Assembly (NCBI GenBank): GCA_963706955.1
Contig: CAVPOC010000008.1
Location: 928,001-992,000, forward strand
Direction of reading: 5' to 3'
DNA length: 64,000 nt
Source of the DNA: an uncultured Verrucomicrobiae bacterium
Lineage (GTDB): Bacteria; Verrucomicrobiota; Verrucomicrobiia; Chthoniobacterales; Terrimicrobiaceae
Below, in pieces: positions 59,741-64,000 of this stretch. Position 1 is the first letter of the stretch. Each line of letters begins with the position of its first letter. The notes under the pieces are model-generated. The model ran no database searches, was not told the DNA's origin, and worked only from the letters and a program-made list of their open reading frames with translations. Made by a program: the position numbers and the translations under genes.

Positions 59741-60493
59741 TCACCGAGGCTTTGCTACCTTTGTCGATCTCGCCGAAGAATCATTTTTTGAGTTCGGCAA
59801 TGGAAGCCATGTCTCGTCTGATGTGACGTCAGAATCTTTCCTCCGCCAGTTGATGCCCGGCATACAACAAGGCCGTCGCTTTCCCGAAGCAAGCATGTCG
59901 CACGCATTCTGGATCCGGCGGCGGCGCGTTTCCTCTTGCTTGGCAGAGACTATCCAGAGAATCCAGTCCCGGCGGGCCATGGGTGTGATCCCTCGCCACA
60001 TGACCCACAAAGCTTGCGCCCGCCCGGGTTCCGGGAGTCGGGTCCGAGCAGACTTAAGGGCCTCCCGTAGATCCATGGGCACCCTGCACTCCGGTTCTTC
60101 ACCGACCCGTGTAATCTCCACCGTGACCGCGTCTCCAACGCCCTCGCGCCCGGAAATCCCTGCCGCATCTTCCAGGGCTTTGCTCAGCCTGAGCCAGTAG
60201 CTTCCAGTGCCATTAATATCCAGAGCGGCTCGAAAGGGGAAGCCATTGATCGTTCCCTCAACCATCGTCACATCTCGAGAGGGGGCCGAGGGGAACGGGA
60301 GTCTCGCACTGACGTTCTTGGGCAGAGTGAGAAGGGTCCACGAGTCAACCCCCTCAATATTTTCAGTTGGCTTTTCGGGTGCCTTGGGGCCGGACCGAAA
60401 CAACTTGGCACTGAATCGAATTGCTGGCCTGCTTTCCTGCAGCTCAGCCAGATTCAGCGGTCTCGCTGCCTTGGATTTGGACTTGCTGACCAT
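59741..60493 (-). CDS. YdeI/OmpD-associated family protein with DUF1905 domain
   Basis: VEGTINGFPF, GDAVTVEI, VPMDLREAL, ITP.ARRDWI.WI.SAKQ.ETR.RRI. Confidence 0.82.
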   Translation of the reverse strand: MVSKSKSKAARPLNLAELQESRPAIRFSAKLFRSGPKAPEKPTENIEGVDSWTLLTLPKNVSARLPFPSAPSRDVTMVEGTINGFPFRAALDINGTGSYWLRLSKALEDAAGISGREGVGDAVTVEITRVGEEPECRVPMDLREALKSARTRLPEPGRAQALWVMWRGITPMARRDWILWIVSAKQEETRRRRIQNACDMLASGKRRPCCMPGINWRRKDSDVTSDETWLPLPNSKNDSSARSTKVAKPR

Positions 60494-60508
60494 TGTGTTC
60501 ACGCCGCG

Positions 60509-61795
60509 CTACGGAAAAAGTCCACGCGCCTGACGCGCTGCGAGAACGCGCTCGACCCCAATGGAGAGGGCGGACATCCGATGCGGAATCTTGCGTTCTT
60601 TGGACCTCTTGATCACGGCGGCGAAAGCGGTCTCGAGAATCCGATACAGTCGGTCGGTGATCTCAATGTCCGACCAGAAGAAATTTTGCAAATCCTGCAC
60701 CCATTCGAAATAGGAGACAATAACTCCGCCCGCATTGCACAAGATATCTGGAATCACAAAAATCTCGGCCCAGCGCTGGTTGAGGACCTCATCGGCCTCG
60801 GGCGTTGTCGGTCCATTGGCGGCCTCCGCGAGCACCCGGCAGCGCAGCTTGCCGGCGTTTTCTCCGTTAATCACACTCTCAACCGCGGCTGGCACCAGCA
60901 CGTCGCACGGCAAGGTGAGAAACTCATCGGCCTCGACACGCTCGCCCAGATGGAAATCGGACAGCGTGCCGTGCTGCGCCGCGTGGCGGTCAGCGGCGGC
61001 AATATCGATGCCCCGAGGATCGTAGAGGCAAGCAGTGTGATCGCTGATCCCAACGACCTTCATTCCCGACTTCAAGGCCAGGCCACCGGCGACCACCGAG
61101 CCGACGTTTCCGAAACCCTGAACGATCGCGCTACACCGTCCGGGCGCAATCTTGAGATGGTCGAGCGCTCGTTCGACGAGAAAGACAACTCCTCGACCGG
61201 TCGCCTCCCGCCGCCCCGCGACTCCGCCGAGCGAGACCGGCTTTCCCGTGACAATTTCCCCAAGCGCGTAACCGACGTGCACCGAATAGGAATCCATAAA
61301 CCAGGCCATGATTTGCTCGTTCGTGCCCATATCTGGTCCGAGCACGTCCATTTGTGGCCCAATGAAAGGGATTAACTCCTGAAGGTAGCGGCGCGAGACG
61401 AGTTCGAGCTCGCGTCTCGAAAGCTTGTTAGGGTCAACGCGCACCCCTCCTTTCGCACCGCCGTACGGCAGTCCCGTCAGCGCGCATTTCCAACTCATCC
61501 AAACAGCGAGGGCAGCGGACTCGCCAATGGTCAGATGAGGCGAAAACCGCGTGCCGCCCTTGGTAGGACCGACGGAGAGATGGTGCTGGACGCGATAACC
61601 GTGAAAGACCTCCACTGTGCCATCGTCTCGGGGGATCGGCACCGCCACGGAGACGGCACGTTTCGGATAAATGATCCGCTCACGATACCCCTCGGCAATT
61701 TCAAGGTAATCAGCGATCACCTCGAATTGACGCTTAGCCATCCCAAAAAGCGGATCTGAATAGATCGGATCTGAAGAATAAGTGCCCTCAGCCAT
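60509..61795 (-). CDS. Glu/Leu/Phe/Val dehydrogenase (glutamate dehydrogenase-like)
   Basis: GYRVQH, GPTKGG, GGAKGG, PDMGT, TGKP, QGFGNVG, EAANGP, NAGGVIVSYFEW. Confidence 0.94.
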   Translation of the reverse strand: MAEGTYSSDPIYSDPLFGMAKRQFEVIADYLEIAEGYRERIIYPKRAVSVAVPIPRDDGTVEVFHGYRVQHHLSVGPTKGGTRFSPHLTIGESAALAVWMSWKCALTGLPYGGAKGGVRVDPNKLSRRELELVSRRYLQELIPFIGPQMDVLGPDMGTNEQIMAWFMDSYSVHVGYALGEIVTGKPVSLGGVAGRREATGRGVVFLVERALDHLKIAPGRCSAIVQGFGNVGSVVAGGLALKSGMKVVGISDHTACLYDPRGIDIAAADRHAAQHGTLSDFHLGERVEADEFLTLPCDVLVPAAVESVINGENAGKLRCRVLAEAANGPTTPEADEVLNQRWAEIFVIPDILCNAGGVIVSYFEWVQDLQNFFWSDIEITDRLYRILETAFAAVIKRSKERKIPHRMSALSIGVERVLAARQARGLFP

Positions 61796-61885
61796 AGGCG
61801 GGCAACTTTACTTCGATTCCCCAACCGCGCGAAACAAAAGTCCTCTCAGATCGACGCCGAAACTATCCCGCTGAGCGATGAAATC

Positions 61886-61947
61886 TGGAGTGACGGTGTC
61901 CGCACCGTCGAGGGAGGCCTTCCAGCGGTGGAGACACCGCCGCTGCA
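61886..61947. repeat. REP doublet, family B (degenerate)
   Basis: TGGAGTGACGGTGTCCGCACCGTCG-spacer-GCGGTGGAGACACCGCCGCTGCA. Confidence 0.7.
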
Positions 61948-61979
61948 GGGCTACAGGGAGAGCCATTTAGGAAGAGACT

Positions 61980-62873
61980 CTACGACTTCTTGCCTCGTCC
62001 GCGGAAAGTCAGTTCTGCGATGCCGGATTTGTCGAGTTCTCCAAGGCCCGCCGCGACCATACGATCGTATTGCGCTTTCGTTGCCTCGGCGAGTGGGAGG
62101 TCAAGACCCTCGGTGCGGGCGAGGGCCAGAGCAATGCCGGAGTCTTTGGCGGCATGCGCTGCGGAAAAGAAACACGAGTGCTCACGGTTTTGCATATCTT
62201 CACCATCGGTCTCCAGCACGCGCGAGTTCGCTCCCGTCTGGGAGAAAATTTCGCGCAGCGTAGTCAAGTCGAGACCGAGCGCATCTGCCAGGCCAAGCCC
62301 TTCAGCGAGACCGGCGGTATTGATGTTCATGACCATGTTGACGAGCGCCTTCACCTTGGCAGCCTCGCCGGTGCGCCCAACATGACGAAGTGCCGTGCTC
62401 ATATCGCGGAGGATGGGTTCGACTTTTTTGAAGACGGCTTCCTCACCGCCAACCATCAAGTAGAGCGTGCCTTCCCGAGCTTGGGTGATGCTCGAAGCCA
62501 TGCAGGCTTCCAGCGATTGCGCGCCAGCGGCACGTGCACTTTTCTCCACCTCGACATGGACCTCCGGTGAAATGGTGGCGCAGTTGACGAAAATCTTGCC
62601 GGCAGCATTCACCAGGAGATGGTCGGCCTGACCCCCAAGTCCAAAGATCGAGCGCATTGCCGCATCATCGGTAACGACCGTAATCACGACGTCTGAAAGC
62701 GCCGAAACCTCCGCGAGACGTTCGCGCGCTGGCACTCCGAGCTCCGCTCCCAAGGCCGCCGCGCTTTCCGTGCGCACGTCATAGACCGCCCCGATCTTAT
62801 ATCCTTTCTCCTTCAGGTGACGGGCCATGTTCGAGCCCATGCGTCCAACGCCAACAAATCCGATTGTGTTCAT
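61980..62873 (-). CDS. NAD(P)-dependent oxidoreductase, 3-hydroxyisobutyrate dehydrogenase family
   Basis: GFVGVGRMG.NMA, TL.LMVGG, KVKALVN, KD..IAL. Confidence 0.88.
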   Translation of the reverse strand: MNTIGFVGVGRMGSNMARHLKEKGYKIGAVYDVRTESAAALGAELGVPARERLAEVSALSDVVITVVTDDAAMRSIFGLGGQADHLLVNAAGKIFVNCATISPEVHVEVEKSARAAGAQSLEACMASSITQAREGTLYLMVGGEEAVFKKVEPILRDMSTALRHVGRTGEAAKVKALVNMVMNINTAGLAEGLGLADALGLDLTTLREIFSQTGANSRVLETDGEDMQNREHSCFFSAAHAAKDSGIALALARTEGLDLPLAEATKAQYDRMVAAGLGELDKSGIAELTFRGRGKKS

Positions 62874-62899
62874 AGGGGGGTGAAGTTCGGTTTGGCGAC

Positions 62900-63727
62900 T
62901 TAACCTTTGCCAAACTCAGGAAAGAAGGGGTTAACTTTCTTTTGTTCTCCAACAGTGGTCAGAGGCCCATGGCCGGGGCAGAGAATAGCTTCGTCGGGCA
63001 GGGAGAGAATGCTCTCACGATTCGTCTTGAGTGCGTCCTTGTAGGAGATGCCGCCGCCGCCCATTGAACCGGCGAAAATTGCATCGCCGACGATGGCTAG
63101 CGTGCGGGCAAGGCCCCGCACGATATAAGTCACACCCCCCGGCGAATGTCCCCACGTCGATCGCGTCTCGATCGTAAGAGAGCCGACCTGAAAGGTTTTC
63201 CCGATCGCGAAGCTCCGCGCTCCGGGAATGGATTCGCGCTCACCAATCCAGGCCTGCGCGCCGGTTCTCTCGAGGAGACGATCCAACTCGAGGACGTGAT
63301 CACCATGCGCATGAGTGAGCAAGATGAGTTCGAGTCTTAATCCATGGGCATCGATTGCCTCAAGCATGGGATCGCCGTCCGCACCGGTATCGAAGGCAAC
63401 GGCTTTCTTCGAGTCTGGGTCCCAGACGAGGTAGGCGTTCACCATCATGTCCTCGAAGGGAGTATTGAACTGCGATAGCCCTTCCATGAGGGGGATCTCC
63501 GCCGGCCGGTAATCCGTTCTTCCAATGGCGGCAAGCCGGTCGGGATGGAGATCGAGCGCGCCCGCTAGAGCGCGTACCCCCGGCTCATCGAAGGAGCCGC
63601 CGAGAATTTGATTGGTCAGCGCTGCCGACAGCCCCGCCCTGGCGGAGAGCGCTCCGATGTCGAGCCCTAGTCCCCGTTGCGCCTTGGAAAGGATGTCCGC
63701 GTAGTTATCTTCGAGAGGAATTTTCAT
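62900..63727 (-). CDS. MBL-fold metallo-hydrolase with N-terminal HTH-like extension
   Basis: THAHGDH, GHSPG, GDAIFAGS.G, PGHGP.TTVG..K..NPF. Confidence 0.88.
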   Translation of the reverse strand: MKIPLEDNYADILSKAQRGLGLDIGALSARAGLSAALTNQILGGSFDEPGVRALAGALDLHPDRLAAIGRTDYRPAEIPLMEGLSQFNTPFEDMMVNAYLVWDPDSKKAVAFDTGADGDPMLEAIDAHGLRLELILLTHAHGDHVLELDRLLERTGAQAWIGERESIPGARSFAIGKTFQVGSLTIETRSTWGHSPGGVTYIVRGLARTLAIVGDAIFAGSMGGGGISYKDALKTNRESILSLPDEAILCPGHGPLTTVGEQKKVNPFFPEFGKG

Positions 63728-63770
63728 GTCGTCGGTCGCCGCGGGTAAAGTTGCGTCCTTTCCATGGCCG

Positions 63771-64000
63771 TCATGCCGGTCGGTTTCGCACCTGATAATT
63801 GAGGAGCAGCCAGAGGAAAAAGAACATGCCTAGAGTGGAGAAGACCAGAAGTCCCGTATTGAACCAGAGCAGCCCGATCTTGAAGCCAAGATACTCCTTC
63901 ACGGGTCCGAAAAAGACATTGAGACCACCTCGCTCCATCGAATCGTTGCGGTAGTCGCTCTGCTCCATTTCCGCCTTGGAGATCAGGTCGGTGACTTTTT
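63771..64000 (-). CDS. C-terminus of a membrane protein truncated by the window end (possibly an ABC transporter)
   Basis: Open frame from the window edge ending in a TM helix (LLWFNTGLLVFSTLGMFFFLWLLL). Confidence 0.5.
   Translation of the reverse strand, partial: KVTDLISKAEMEQSDYRNDSMERGGLNVFFGPVKEYLGFKIGLLWFNTGLLVFSTLGMFFFLWLLLNYQVRNRPA

Overview
A GC-rich bacterial chromosomal segment. The gene content and protein style suggest Verrucomicrobiota, possibly Chthoniobacterales-like (inference only). It holds about 60 CDSs: housekeeping genes (Rne/Rng RNase, ispA, purN, UvrD/PcrA, mtnN, mnmG, pstSCAB-phoU, Glu/Leu/Phe/Val dehydrogenase) and many carbohydrate, stress and accessory genes (treS, trehalase, polyol dehydrogenases, GH130, ROK kinases, Fic, cyclase-STAND-TPR). 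I saw no rRNA, tRNA or CRISPR array. The most interesting signals are non-coding. (1) An imperfect ~70-bp palindrome with 9-10-nt internal periodicity (CACAGAT.../...ATCTGTG) separates, in one orientation, four single accessory genes at 51.5-56.6 kb, like an integrase-less cassette array. (2) An exact 35-bp copy of sequence near the treS 3' end brackets the first two of those genes. (3) A 300-bp, highly structured MITE with a CTAG target duplication interrupts a polyol dehydrogenase gene. (4) A REP-associated tyrosine transposase (RAYT) is flanked by its own REPs, and two GTAG-type REP/REPIN families are spread through the window. (5) A heptamer-built inverted repeat encloses an IS481-like end. 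Single-base frameshifts, mostly in the first 16 kb, are probably sequencing or assembly errors.
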